NCBI GenBank assembly: GCA_963810095.1
Contig: CAWEMM010000006.1
Location: 224,001-288,000, forward strand
Direction: 5' to 3'
DNA length: 64,000 nucleotides
Source: an uncultured Chloroflexia bacterium
GTDB taxonomy: Bacteria > Chloroflexota > Anaerolineae > CG2-30-64-16
Each line of letters starts with the position of its first letter. Within the stretch, counting starts at the first letter, position 1. A program made the translations under genes and the position numbers. The notes beneath the pieces were generated by a model. That model was not told the origin of the DNA. It saw only the letters and a list, made by a program, of their open reading frames with translations, and ran no database searches. This document shows positions 11,225-21,221 of the stretch, piece by piece.

Positions 11225-12449
11225 TATCCGTCGGTCATGGCTGCGACGCGGCGGCGCAACTGTCCGCATCCGGCGTCGATGTCAATGCCGCGGCGCAGCC
11301 GAACGGTGGCCGGGATGCCGTTCCGCTCTAACACCCGCTGGAAGGACAAAGCGTTCGCGTCAGTGGAGGGCTGGTAGGGCGACTCGGCGACGGGGTTAAG
11401 CGGGATCAGGTTGACGTGGCACATCACGCCGCCGGTGGGGCTGCGTAGCGGCTTCAGCAGCGCGGCGAGCTCCACAGCCAGTTGGGGCGTGTCGTTAATG
11501 CCGTCCATCAAGGCGTACTCGAACGTGACCCGACGATTGGTCCGTTGGATGTACTCCCCGATCGCGGCCATCACATCGCCGATCGGATACCGTTCGTTGA
11601 TGGGCAGGAGCGTGGCCCGCAGCTCGTCGTTTGGCGCATGCAGGCTGACCGCGAGATTCACCTGCAGCGGCTCCGCGGCCATCTTGCGAATGCCTTGGGG
11701 CAGGCCGACGGTCGAAACGGTGACGTGCCGCGCGCCCAGCCCAAAGCCATCCCGGTCGGTGATGGTGCCGAGCGCTTGCCAGACCCGCTCGTAGTTTGCG
11801 AACGGTTCGCCCATGCCCATGACGACGATGTTCGTCAGCCGTGCGCCGGCCGCCGTTTGCGGGCGATCTTCTCCCGGGAACTCGGGAGACGAGGCGTTGA
11901 GCGAGCTTAGCGAGCCGAAGGCGGTTAACGGAATAAACGCCGCTTCGTGACGACCTCCGTCACGGCCGTGCCCGCGGAGGACGCAGCCATGGGAGGCGGC
12001 GCAACGGCAAGGTAGCGGGCGGCGGCGAGCACCTGCGCCACGATCTCACCTGCCGTCAGGTTGCGCGCCAGCCCGCCTTGGCCCGTGGCGCAGAAAACGC
12101 AGCCCATCGCACAACCCGCCTGCGTGCTGATGCAGACGGTCCTTCGCTCGTCGTAAAGCATCAAGACGGTCTCGATGGTCAGCCCGTCCTGGAGGCGGAA
12201 CACCCATTTGATCGTGTGTTGGTCGGCCGAGCGCTGCTCAAAAACACGCTCGAGCGGCTCGATGCGCGTCTCGGAGGCAAGCCGATTCCGCACCGCGGCC
12301 GGCAGATTCGTCATCTGGCTCGGGTGCGTGGCGAGCTTCTTGTATAACCACTCCCAGACTTGCTTCGCGCGGTAGGTCGGCTCGCTCCACTTCGCAAGCA
12401 GATCGGTCAGTTCATCCCTCGTCAGGTCATATAACATAACGCCATTCAT
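11224..12449 (-). CDS. rlmN: 23S rRNA m2A2503/tRNA methyltransferase RlmN (radical SAM), with an insertion and frame break at about 11840-12005
   Basis: [18 protein letters not shown] (CxxxCxxC), MGMGEP and IDAGCGQL motifs in ORFs 11925..12542 and 11224..11820. Confidence 0.9.
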
Positions 12450-12527
12450 GGTGCGAGAATAACACAAATTGGAAGGCGGGTCAACGCAAGTTAGGTAGAA
12501 CGCTCCTTTCGCATCTTCGGGGTGAAG

Positions 12528-12536
12528 TGCTATAAT
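12528..12536 (+). promoter_or_regulatory. Extended -10 promoter (TGcTATAAT) for the chelatase-like gene
   Basis: Consensus TGnTATAAT 31 nt before the TTG start; GGAG SD. Confidence 0.65.
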
Positions 12537-12567
12537 TCGCACGTTAATTCGCGCACGGAGAATATCA

Positions 12568-13683
12568 TTGGCTAACTTGCGACCCTATCCATTCACCGCC
12601 ATCGTCGGACAGGAACGGATGAAGCGCGCGCTCATCCTCAACGCGATCTCTTCACAGATCGGCGGCGTGCTGATCCGTGGCGAGCGCGGCACGGCCAAGT
12701 CCACGGCCGCCCGTGCCCTTGCCGCGCTGCTGCCCGAAATCGAAGTGGTTGCCGACTGCCCGTTCGGGTGTGAGCCCGGCCCCATCGACGCGCTGTGCGA
12801 CCTGTGCCGCGACCGCCTCGCGCGCGGCGAAGTGCTGCCGACCACCATGCGGCGCACGCGGTTCGTCGATCTGCCGGTGAGCGCGACCGAGGACCGGGTG
12901 GTTGGTACGCTGGATATCGAGAAGGCGATCCAGCAGGGCGAGCGCCGTTTCGAGCCGGGTGTGCTGGCCGCGGCGAACCGCGGGCTGCTCTATGTCGACG
13001 AAGTCAATCTCCTGGACGATCACGTCGTCGACCTTCTACTCGACTCGGCGGCCATGGGCGTTAATGTGGTCGAGCGCGAGGGCATCAGCTTCAGCCACCC
13101 GGCGCGCTTCATGCTCGTTGGGACGATGAACCCGGAGGAAGGCGACCTCCGGCCCCAGCTGCTCGACCGCTTTGCGCTCTGCGTCGACATGCACGGCATT
13201 TCGGACCCCAGGCAGCGCGTCGCAATTGTCGAGCGGCGCATCGCGTACGAGAGCGATCCGGACGGCTTCTACCAGGAGTGGTTACCGCACGAGGAGCAGC
13301 TTTCCGACCAGATTGCGCAGGCGCGGAACGTCCTGCCCGGCGTGCGCCACACGCAGCGGGACCTTTATACCATCGCCCAGTTGACCACATCGTTCCGGGT
13401 GGACGGCCACCGTGCCGATATCGTCATCCTCAAGACCGCCCGCGCACATGCCGCGTGGCAGGGACGGCTCGGGATCGCCGAACAGGACATCCTGCTGGCG
13501 GCCGAGTTGGCGCTGCCGCACCGGCTCAAACGCCAGCCGTTCGAGGAAGCGTCGATGGACGCGGGGCAGCTTGAAGACCGGCTGAAGAAGGCGCGCTCCG
13601 AAGCGCCGCCGGACCAGCAGAACGCTTCGCGCTCAGAATCGGGCGAGACGGCGCCCTCTGTAAAAAAAGCACCGAGCCGCTAG
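12568..13683 (+). CDS. ChlI/BchI-type AAA+ chelatase subunit (0-frame product, 371 aa)
   Basis: YPFTAIVGQE, Walker A GERGTAKS, ATEDRVVGTLD, Walker B LYVDEVNLLDDH, NPEEGDLRPQLLDRF. Confidence 0.9.
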   Translation: MANLRPYPFTAIVGQERMKRALILNAISSQIGGVLIRGERGTAKSTAARALAALLPEIEVVADCPFGCEPGPIDALCDLCRDRLARGEVLPTTMRRTRFVDLPVSATEDRVVGTLDIEKAIQQGERRFEPGVLAAANRGLLYVDEVNLLDDHVVDLLLDSAAMGVNVVEREGISFSHPARFMLVGTMNPEEGDLRPQLLDRFALCVDMHGISDPRQRVAIVERRIAYESDPDGFYQEWLPHEEQLSDQIAQARNVLPGVRHTQRDLYTIAQLTTSFRVDGHRADIVILKTARAHAAWQGRLGIAEQDILLAAELALPHRLKRQPFEEASMDAGQLEDRLKKARSEAPPDQQNASRSESGETAPSVKKAPSR

Positions 13684-13712
13684 AGGACCAGGCGACAGCA
13701 TCCGCTAGCGGC
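13662..13712 (+). other. Candidate programmed -1 ribosomal frameshift signal
   Basis: GTA AAA AAA gives in-phase A_AAA_AAA (13662-13668); 7-nt spacer; stem-loop GCCGCTAG-a-GGA...TCC-g-CTAGCGGC (13676-13712). Confidence 0.65.
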
Positions 13713-14720
13713 GAACCGGCGGAGGACGCTCCCCAAGCTCAATCCTCCAATAAGGGCCCAACAGCCCAGCGCAACGTCAAAATCGGCGACAGCTTCCAGG
13801 CGAAGCGCCTCGACACGCCCCTGGACAAGCTGACGCGCTCGTCGGCCGGCAAACGCTCGTCCACCCTGACCGACCGCAAGCGCGGGCGCTACATCAAATC
13901 GCGGCCCATGCGCGGCCGGCCCGACGACCTCGCATTCGATGCGACGATCCGCACGGCCGCGCCGTTTCAACGTCACCGCGCGGACGAACGCTCACGGCGC
14001 AAGGTCGCGTTCGTGGTCAAGCGCGGGGATCTGCAGAAGAAGGTGCGCGTGCGTCGGGCCGCCAACCTCGTCCTCTTCGTGGTGGATGCCTCGTGGAGCA
14101 TGGCCGCGGCCGAGCGCATTGAGGCGACGAAGGGCGCGGTGCTCTCACTGCTGCACGACGCTTACCAGCGCCGAGACCAGGTCGGCCTGATCGTCTTCCA
14201 ACGGGAGGAAGCCCGGATTGTCCTGCCGCCGACCTCCAGCGTGGAGCTCGCCAACCAAGCGCTGCGCAACGTGCCGGTGGGTGGCAAGACCCCCCTCTCA
14301 GCGGGGCTGCTCGCGGCGTTCCGCGTTTGCACGGCAGCCGTACGGCGCAATCCCGAAATCAAGCCCCTTATCATCATCCTGACGGACGGCGCAGGGAACG
14401 TGTCGGTAACGGGGATGCCGCCGCAGGAAGAGGCGCGGCGGATGGCGATGATGATTCACGACGCCCACTATCGCACGGTGATCATTAACATGGAGCATCC
14501 GGCATTTGACCGCGGGCTGGCCCAAGACCTTGCCAACTTCATCGGCGGGCCCTGCTACACCCTGCCCGAACTCAAGGCCGAGGCGCTGCTCAAGACGGTG
14601 CGCCAGGAGCTTAGCCTGAAGCCCGGCGAGCGCGGCGGCCCCGCCGGCGGAGCGAGCGATCCGGGCAGCAGTCTGCCCGACATCCCCGGACCCCATTCCG
14701 GAGGCATTCGAAGGACCTGA
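13668..14720 (+). CDS. Linker plus vWA domain of a ChlD/BchD-type subunit in the -1 frame (fused product 12568..14720, about 717 aa)
   Basis: -1 frame is open from the A-run to 14720; MIDAS DASWSM, GGKTPL, LTDG; first ATG only at 13908, after conserved-looking RGRYIKSRP. Confidence 0.85.
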   Translation, partial: STEPLEDQATASASGEPAEDAPQAQSSNKGPTAQRNVKIGDSFQAKRLDTPLDKLTRSSAGKRSSTLTDRKRGRYIKSRPMRGRPDDLAFDATIRTAAPFQRHRADERSRRKVAFVVKRGDLQKKVRVRRAANLVLFVVDASWSMAAAERIEATKGAVLSLLHDAYQRRDQVGLIVFQREEARIVLPPTSSVELANQALRNVPVGGKTPLSAGLLAAFRVCTAAVRRNPEIKPLIIILTDGAGNVSVTGMPPQEEARRMAMMIHDAHYRTVIINMEHPAFDRGLAQDLANFIGGPCYTLPELKAEALLKTVRQELSLKPGERGGPAGGASDPGSSLPDIPGPHSGGIRRT

Positions 14721-15754
14721 TGGAACAAGGGACCGACACGCTGCCAGGCGATGATGCTGGGGCTGTGACCGCAGGTGCGGGAGCAGCCCCAGCGTCGCGT
14801 TTGGACCGGCTCCGCTCCCGCCGCCAGCTCCTCGCAGACGGGGCTTTGCTTCTGGTCACCATCATCTGGGGCGCGACCTTCGTCATGGTCAAGGACGCGG
14901 TCAGCGCGTTCCCGGTGTTCAGCTTCATGGCGCTCCGCTTCACGCTGGCCGCACTCGCCCTGGCGCCGCTTGCACTATGGCAGGAAAGGCAGAAGTCGAA
15001 GCAGCGTTCGCAGGGGGCGAATGACCGCTTGCAGGGGGCAAACGGTCTGTCACGCCTGGCCGCGGCCCGTCCCGTGTCACGAGGGAGGATGCGGCTCGTC
15101 GCGGCGTCTGCCCTGGTCGGGCTGGCGCTGTTCGCGGGGTACGCCTTCCAGACTGCCGGGCTGAAGCTGACGACGCCGGCTAAGGCCGGCTTCATCACGG
15201 GGCTGTCGGTCGTGATTGTCCCCGTCGTCTCTGCGCTGCTGCTCCGCCAGTCGCCCCCGCGCAACGCCTGGATCGGGGTGGGGCTGGCCACGCTCGGCCT
15301 GGCGCTGCTCTCGCTCACAGCCGCCCTCGGGGTCCAACTGGGCGACCTGTTGGTGCTGGGCTGCGCGTTCGCGTTTGCGGCCCACATCCTCCTGCTCGGG
15401 CACTTCGCACCGAGGCACAACGCGATCCTGCTCACCCTGGGCCAGGTCATCGTCGTCGCCGTCCTGAGCGGCATCGCCGCGCTCATCTTCGACCGGCCGG
15501 CGCCGCTGACCCGCCAGGTGCTGTTTGCCGCGGCATTCACCGGCGTCCTGGCGACCGCCCTCGCGTTCGGCATCCAGACTGTGGCCCAGCGGTTCACGAC
15601 GAGCACACACACGGCCCTCATCTTTGCGGCAGAGCCGGTGTTCGCCGGGCTGTTCAGCCTGCTGCTCATTGGCGAAACGCTGGGCCCGCGCCAACTGCTC
15701 GGCTGCGCGCTGATCCTCGGCGGGATGCTCGTGGCAGAACTAAAACGAGCATAG
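14720..15754 (+). CDS. DMT/EamA family transporter
   Basis: IWGATFVMVK, FQTAGLKLTTPAKAGFITGL, IFAAEPVFA; about 10 TM helices. Confidence 0.9.
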   Translation: MEQGTDTLPGDDAGAVTAGAGAAPASRLDRLRSRRQLLADGALLLVTIIWGATFVMVKDAVSAFPVFSFMALRFTLAALALAPLALWQERQKSKQRSQGANDRLQGANGLSRLAAARPVSRGRMRLVAASALVGLALFAGYAFQTAGLKLTTPAKAGFITGLSVVIVPVVSALLLRQSPPRNAWIGVGLATLGLALLSLTAALGVQLGDLLVLGCAFAFAAHILLLGHFAPRHNAILLTLGQVIVVAVLSGIAALIFDRPAPLTRQVLFAAAFTGVLATALAFGIQTVAQRFTTSTHTALIFAAEPVFAGLFSLLLIGETLGPRQLLGCALILGGMLVAELKRA

Positions 15755-15843
15755 AACACAAAGACACAATGGCACGAGGGACGACAGCGACGAGTTCCCA
15801 GCTACGCGCAAGTCGGTACTTCGTGTCTTTGTGCCTTTGTGGT
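15755..15843. repeat. ACACAAAG-family inverted repeat, copy 2
   Basis: AACACAAAGACACAATGGCACGAGG ... CTTCGTGTCTTTGTGCCTTTGTGGT directly after the stop codon. Confidence 0.85.
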
Positions 15844-15855
15844 AAAAGAAACCTC

Positions 15856-16221
15856 ATGCCCGACGAAACCACAACCATCGCTGCGCTGCGCGAGGCGGTC
15901 GACGCGTTTGTCGCCGCACGTGACTGGCGCCAGTTCCACAATGCGAAGGACCTGGCCGTCTCGATCTCGCTCGAGGCCGGTGAGCTGCTCGAAGAATTCC
16001 AGTGGCTGACGCGGGAGCAGGTGGCGGCCGCTGAGCACGAGCCCGCGGCGCGCGAGCGCATCCGGTTCGAGCTGGCCGATATCCTGGTCTATTGCCTGTG
16101 TCTCAGCAACGCGCTCGAGCTGGACGTCAGCGACGCGGTGATCGAGAAGCTGGCGCTGGCGGGGCAGAAGTACCGGCCAGAGGATTACCGCGGCAAGGCG
16201 CCCAGGTATGGCGAACGATAG
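15856..16221 (+). CDS. MazG-like nucleotide pyrophosphohydrolase
   Basis: RDWRQFHNAKDLAVSISLEAGELLEEFQW, ELADILVY. Confidence 0.9.
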   Translation: MPDETTTIAALREAVDAFVAARDWRQFHNAKDLAVSISLEAGELLEEFQWLTREQVAAAEHEPAARERIRFELADILVYCLCLSNALELDVSDAVIEKLALAGQKYRPEDYRGKAPRYGER

Positions 16222-16245
16222 AGGATGCTCCGAGGGAGTGGCGGC

Positions 16246-16695
16246 CTAAGCGAGCTCTGCTGTGTCGAGCCACAACGTGACCGGGCCGTCATTCACGAGC
16301 GCCACCTGCATCGCGGCCCGGAACCGCCCCGTCTCCACGTGGAGCCCCGCGCCGCGCAGCTGCGCCACAAAGTGGTCGACTAGCGGCTCGGCCTGTTCGG
16401 GCCGGGCCGCCCGCAGGAAGTCGGGCCGGCGACCCCTGCGCGCGTCGCCGTAGAGGGTAAACTGGGAGACGACCAGCACCGCCCCGCCCGCGTCCGACAG
16501 CCCCAGGTTCATTTTCCCCGCTGCGTCGTCGAATATGCGCAGGCCCGCAACTTTCGCCGCCAGCCAGGCAGCCTCTTGCGGCCCGTCTGTATCCGTCACG
16601 CCGAGCAGGACGAGGAACCCGCGGCCGATCGCGCCGAGGACTTCGCCGTCGACTCTGACCGATGCCTCAGTAACCCGCTGGATCAATGCCCGCAT
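16246..16695 (-). CDS. dtd: D-aminoacyl-tRNA deacylase
   Basis: [25 protein letters not shown]; alternative GTG start at 16758. Confidence 0.95.
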   Translation of the reverse strand: MRALIQRVTEASVRVDGEVLGAIGRGFLVLLGVTDTDGPQEAAWLAAKVAGLRIFDDAAGKMNLGLSDAGGAVLVVSQFTLYGDARRGRRPDFLRAARPEQAEPLVDHFVAQLRGAGLHVETGRFRAAMQVALVNDGPVTLWLDTAELA

Positions 16696-16769
16696 GTGTG
16701 TCCCCGCATTGTGGGGGCGAGGCATCGCGGCAGCCAGGACCGTCATCCTGGCCGCCACAATGCCTTCCC

Positions 16770-17724
16770 CTACAACCCGACGGCCCGGGCGGTTTCCTTG
16801 AGCACGCCTGCCGAGCGGCGGAGCGCAGCCAACTCGTCGTCATTCAGCGTGCGGGATCAGCACGCCTTCGACGCCCCCATGGTCCACGATCGACGGCAGG
16901 CTCAGGCAGATGTCCGTAATGCCGAACTGGCCGGTCATGAGTGTGGAAACGGTCAGCACCGTGTTCTGATCGCGCAGGACCGCTTCGACCACGTGGCGGA
17001 CGCCCAGGCCGATCGCGTAATAGGTGGCACCCTTGCGCTCGATGATTTCGTAAGCTGCCCGCTTCACCTGCTCCGAGATCGCCGCCTGCATGTCCTCGTT
17101 GCACGACGCGCCGCGCTGCTGGCAGAAATCGGCAACCGGCATGCCCGCCACGGTCGCCCGGCTCCAGACGACGACCTCAGAGTCGCCGTGTTCGCCAATG
17201 ACGTAACCGTGCACGCTGCGCGGGTCGACGTTCAGCCGCTGTCCCACCAGCGCCCGCAGCCGGGCGGTGTCGAGCACGGTGCCCGAGCCGATGACCCGCC
17301 CACGGGGAAAGCCCGACGCCTCCAGTGCCGCGAGCGTCAGGATATCGACGGGGTTGGCCACCACTAACAGGATGGCGTTAGGTGCAGCCTTGGCAATCTC
17401 CGGAATCATGCCCCGGATAATGCCGGTGTTCTTTCTGACCAGATCGAGCCGCGTTTCCCCCGGCTTCTGCGCGGCGCCAGCCGTGATGACCACGATCTGG
17501 CTGTCGGCGCAGTCGGCGTAGGTGCCCGCCCGTATGGTTACCGGGCGGACAAACGGCGCGCCGTGCATCAGGTCCATCGCCTCGCCCTCAGCCCGGCGCT
17601 CGTTCACGTCGACCAGCACGATCTCGCTGGCCAACCCGCTCATCATCAGGGCGTATGCGGCGCTTGCGCCCACAGCGCCGGCGCCGCCCACAATCGCGAT
17701 CTTCGTCGGGGTTCTACCGTCCAC
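16770..17724 (-). CDS. ldh: L-lactate dehydrogenase (frame break near 16845)
   Basis: [50 protein letters not shown]; C-terminus [13 protein letters not shown]...VGL* in the adjacent frame. Confidence 0.9.
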
Positions 17725-17775
17725 GTTCGCTCCTTATGTTACCGCTGCGGGCGCACCACGCACCGCAAACTAGCG

Positions 17776-18498
17776 TCAGATCGATGACTCGGGCCCTTCC
17801 ACCCACATCGCGCCGCCCGGCCCCACTTCCTTCTTCCAGATGGGCGAGACCTGCTTGATCCGGTCGATGATGTAGTGACATGCGTCGAAAGTGTTCGCCC
17901 GGTGCGCCGCAGCCACCGCGATGGCAATCGAAACGTCGCCGATCTCGAGCCGCCCCACCCGGTGCAGCACGGCAATCGCGCTGATGTCGGGCCAGCGGTC
18001 CCGCGCCTCGGACGCAATGCCGGCGAACGAAGCTTCGGCCATCTCCGGGTACGCTTCGTATTCCAGATAGTCCGTCTGCTGCTCGCCGTGCGACGCGTCA
18101 CGGGTCACGGCGCGCACCGTTCCGGCAAAGACGGTCACGCCGCCGCGTTCGGGCGCCAGGACGCGGGCAGCGACGTCGTCGAGCGAGATTGGCCCTTCGA
18201 CGATCTCGAAGAGCTTGGCGGCCGGGGCATGGCCGCTGCCGCCGCTGACCGGCGGAATCAGGGCGACCTCGTCGCCGTCGTGCAGGGCTTGATCGGGGCG
18301 CGCAAAGGAGCGGTTGACCGTGATCGTAAAGCGCTGTTGATCCAGGTTGAGCGCCGGGTACTCGGCTGCCAACAGGCGCTGAAGGGCGGCGATGTCGGCA
18401 TCGCCCGGAAGGCTCACAGCGATCTCGCTCTTACCCAGCCGCTCCCGCATCCCCGCGAACAGGCGCACGCGCACGTTCACTCCGTCGCTGACGCTCAT
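17776..18498 (-). CDS. Molybdopterin synthase MoaD-MoaE fusion
   Basis: N-terminal ThiS/MoaD fold ending IPPVSGG, then MoaE motifs [20 protein letters not shown]. Confidence 0.9.
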   Translation of the reverse strand: MSVSDGVNVRVRLFAGMRERLGKSEIAVSLPGDADIAALQRLLAAEYPALNLDQQRFTITVNRSFARPDQALHDGDEVALIPPVSGGSGHAPAAKLFEIVEGPISLDDVAARVLAPERGGVTVFAGTVRAVTRDASHGEQQTDYLEYEAYPEMAEASFAGIASEARDRWPDISAIAVLHRVGRLEIGDVSIAIAVAAAHRANTFDACHYIIDRIKQVSPIWKKEVGPGGAMWVEGPESSI

Positions 18499-18983
18499 CC
18501 TCCACCTTCCTCTGCCTGCCAGTGTCCCGTCTTGCCCCCGCGCTTCTCCAGCAGTCGGACTCCGTCGATCACCATGCCACGCTCGACCGCCTTGGCCATG
18601 TCATAGATGGTCAGGGCGGCCACGCTGACCGCGGTCAGGGCTTCCATTTCGACGCCGGTCTGGCCTTTGCATTTCACCGCAGCGGTGATCTCCACGGTCG
18701 AAGCTTCCTCGTCAAACGCGAACTCCACCGCGACCTTGGTCAGGAGCAACTGGTGACACATCGGAATCAGCTCGCTCGTGCGCTTGGCGGCCATGATGCC
18801 GGCGACCCGGGCGGTTCCCAGCACATCGCCCTTCGGCAGGTTGCCCTCGCGCAGCAGTCGCAGCGTTTGTGGCTGCATGCGGACGCGGCCGGCCGCCACC
18901 GCCTCCCGCTCGGTCTCGGCCTTGGCGCCGACGTCTACCATGCGAGCGTGGCCGTGTTCGTCGAGATGGGTCAGTTCCGTCAT
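18495..18983 (-). CDS. moaC: Cyclic pyranopterin monophosphate synthase MoaC
   Basis: [33 protein letters not shown]. Confidence 0.95.
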   Translation of the reverse strand: MTELTHLDEHGHARMVDVGAKAETEREAVAAGRVRMQPQTLRLLREGNLPKGDVLGTARVAGIMAAKRTSELIPMCHQLLLTKVAVEFAFDEEASTVEITAAVKCKGQTGVEMEALTAVSVAALTIYDMAKAVERGMVIDGVRLLEKRGGKTGHWQAEEGGG

Positions 18984-19065
18984 AGTTGCATTGTACCTGA
19001 CTTGCCCCTTTCAACGAAACCGGCCTTGACGGCCGGGTGGGTGTATACTGTGTGCGGAGGTTCAC

Positions 19066-19872
19066 ATGCCCGAATATCCAGAGATCGCCGCACGCACCGC
19101 AGAGATGAACCAGTTCCTCGCGGGGAAAACTGTCTCCGGCATCGAAGTCCTGCAGCCCAAGTGCCTGAACGTGGCCGAAGACGAATTCAAAGCCCGCCTC
19201 ACAGGCGCGACCCTGCATGAAACGACGCAGCGCGGGAAGTGGCTGTGCACGGACACGACAGGGGGCTGGCTGCTGCTCAACCTGGGCATGGGCGGCGAAA
19301 TCCTGCTCGTCGACCGCGAGCACCTGCCCGAGAAACGCCGCGTCATCTTCGACTTCACGGACGGAACGAGCCTGGCGGTTAATTTCTGGTGGTTCGGTTT
19401 CGCACATTACCTTCCCCTCGGACCGCTAGAGGCGCACGAGCAGATCGCGAGGCTGGGCCCCAACGTGCTGGACGTCGACCTCGACCGGTTTCGGGAGCTG
19501 GTGGCGGGCCAGAAGGGCGGTGTGAAAGCCTTCCTGCTCGACCAGTCCCGGATTGCCGGCATCGGCAACGCCTACATCCACGACATTCTCTGGCTGGCGC
19601 GCATCCACCCACTGCGCAAGCTCAACACGCTCGCCCCAGAAGAGGTTACATCGCTTTGGCAGGGCATCCAGGACGGGCTGCGGCCGAGCGTGGCGAAGGG
19701 CGGCGCATTCTACGAGGTCGGCCTGACCGGGGCGAAGGGCGGGTTCCTGATGGAGGACATTGTCGTCGGCTATCGCGAGGGCACGCCCTGCCCGCGCTGT
19801 GGGACGCCGATTGTGAAGATCAAGACCGGGGGCACGAGCAGCTTCATCTGCCCGACCTGCCAGGCTGTGTAA
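19066..19872 (+). CDS. Fpg/Nei family DNA glycosylase/AP lyase
   Basis: N-terminal PEYPE, RGKWL, H2TH LLDQSRIAGIGNAY, zinc finger CPRC...CPTCQ. Confidence 0.9.
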   Translation: MPEYPEIAARTAEMNQFLAGKTVSGIEVLQPKCLNVAEDEFKARLTGATLHETTQRGKWLCTDTTGGWLLLNLGMGGEILLVDREHLPEKRRVIFDFTDGTSLAVNFWWFGFAHYLPLGPLEAHEQIARLGPNVLDVDLDRFRELVAGQKGGVKAFLLDQSRIAGIGNAYIHDILWLARIHPLRKLNTLAPEEVTSLWQGIQDGLRPSVAKGGAFYEVGLTGAKGGFLMEDIVVGYREGTPCPRCGTPIVKIKTGGTSSFICPTCQAV

Positions 19873-19887
19873 TCAAAGAGTGAGCTA

Positions 19888-19948
19888 ACCACAAAGACAC
19901 GAAGGCACCGGGCCGTCGTCGCGCTTCGTGTCTTCGTGCCTTTGCGGT
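19888..19948. repeat. ACACAAAG-family inverted repeat, copy 3
   Basis: ACCACAAAGACACGAAGGCAC ... CTTCGTGTCTTCGTGCCTTTGCGGT. Confidence 0.85.
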
Positions 19949-19969
19949 GCGCGATCAGCGGGAGGCATT

Positions 19970-21097
19970 ATGGCGGCTACGAGCGATACCAAGCGATGGC
20001 AGCAGAACCTGCGGGCCGAGCGGGACGCGATTGTCCTCTACGAGGGGTTGGCGCAGGCCGAGCCGAATGCGGATCTCGCGGGGGTGTACACCCGGCTGGC
20101 CGAGACGGAGCGCCGCCACGCGAGCGTCTGGCAGCAGAAGCTGGCTGACGCTGGCATCCCTGACACGCCGCACCGGGCAGCTTGGCGCACCCAGGTTTTC
20201 CGGTGGCTGGCGCGCCGTTTCGGGCCGGCGTTCGTGCTGCCCTCGCTGGCCCAGGTCGAGCAGCAGGCAAGCCGCGGCTACGACGACCAGCCGGACGCGC
20301 ATGCGCTCGGTATGCCGGTGGACGAACGCTCGCACGCCCGGGTTTTCGGTTACCTGGCCCAGACGACCGGTGGCCTGGAGGGCAGCGCGGTAGCGCGTTT
20401 CGAAGGCCGGCACCGGGCGGCCGGCGGCAATGCGCTCCGCGCTGCCGTGCTCGGCGCAAATGACGGCCTGGTATCCGTCTTCAGCCTGGTGATGGGCGTG
20501 GCCGGCGCAGGCGCCGCGTCCCACACGATCCTGCTCACCGGCTTGGCGGGCCTGCTGGCTGGCGCGCTGTCGATGGCGCTGGGCGAGTGGCTATCGGTGC
20601 AGAGCTCACGCGAGCTGTATCAACACCAGATCGGCATCGAGAAACATGAGCTGGCAACGATCCCGGAAGAAGAGGTCGAGGAGCTCAATCTGATCTACCA
20701 GGCGAAAGGGATTCCGGAAGCAACGGCACAGGAGATGGCCCGGCGCTTGTTGTCAGACCCGAACACCGCACTCGATACGCTTGCCCGCGAGGAACTATCG
20801 GTCGATCCGAAGTCGTTGGGAGGGTCTGCGTGGGAAGCCGGGATCACGTCTTTCTTCCTGTTCGCCATCGGCGCGCTCATCCCGGTGCTGCCGTACGTCT
20901 TCTTCACGGGCATGACAGGCATCATCGTCAGCGCCGTCGCGAGCGCGATCGGGCTCTTCGCCATTGGCGCGGCGATCACGTTGATGACGGGGCGCGGCGT
21001 GCTGTTCTCGGGATTCCGGCAGGTGGCGTTCGGCATGGCCGCAGCCGCCATCACCTACGGCGTGGGCACCCTGATTGGGGTCAACCTGGGAGGGTAA
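19970..21097 (+). CDS. Ferritin-like (rubrerythrin-type) plus VIT1/CCC1 iron transporter (MbfA-like)
   Basis: ExxH motifs (ERRH, ERSH) in the N-terminus; [14 protein letters not shown] and [13 protein letters not shown]1 motifs; GGAGG SD. Confidence 0.85.
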   Translation: MAATSDTKRWQQNLRAERDAIVLYEGLAQAEPNADLAGVYTRLAETERRHASVWQQKLADAGIPDTPHRAAWRTQVFRWLARRFGPAFVLPSLAQVEQQASRGYDDQPDAHALGMPVDERSHARVFGYLAQTTGGLEGSAVARFEGRHRAAGGNALRAAVLGANDGLVSVFSLVMGVAGAGAASHTILLTGLAGLLAGALSMALGEWLSVQSSRELYQHQIGIEKHELATIPEEEVEELNLIYQAKGIPEATAQEMARRLLSDPNTALDTLAREELSVDPKSLGGSAWEAGITSFFLFAIGALIPVLPYVFFTGMTGIIVSAVASAIGLFAIGAAITLMTGRGVLFSGFRQVAFGMAAAAITYGVGTLIGVNLGG

Positions 21098-21116
21098 GGG
21101 ACCAGGCAGGCGATAC

Positions 21117-21209
21117 TCAACACAAAGGCACAAAGACACAGGGACTAAAAAACCAGGTCACCTTGACGGCGGCCTGGTTTTTCTTTGTGGCTTCGTGTCC
21201 TTGTGTTGA
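21117..21209. repeat. ACACAAAG-family inverted repeat, copy 4, enclosing a bidirectional terminator-like hairpin
   Basis: TCAACACAAAGGCACAAAGACACAGG ... CTTTGTGGCTTCGTGTCCTTGTGTTGA; inner AAAAAACCAGGTC...GGCCTGGTTTTT between convergent genes. Confidence 0.85.
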
Positions 21210-21221
21210 AGGCGTCGGGCC

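Noticed and set aside
11925-11930. Stop readthrough, selenocysteine or intein in rlmN
   Set aside because: The stop is TAA, the halves are in different frames, and there are no intein terminal residues.
12568-14720. Evidence for phototrophy (bchI/bchD)
   Set aside because: No bchH or other photosynthesis genes nearby; ChlI/ChlD-like proteins are widespread in non-phototrophs, so no gene symbol was assigned.
15010-15050. 21-bp tandem duplication in the EamA loop (QGANDRL/QGANGLS)
   Set aside because: Only two imperfect copies in a variable loop; likely local slippage.
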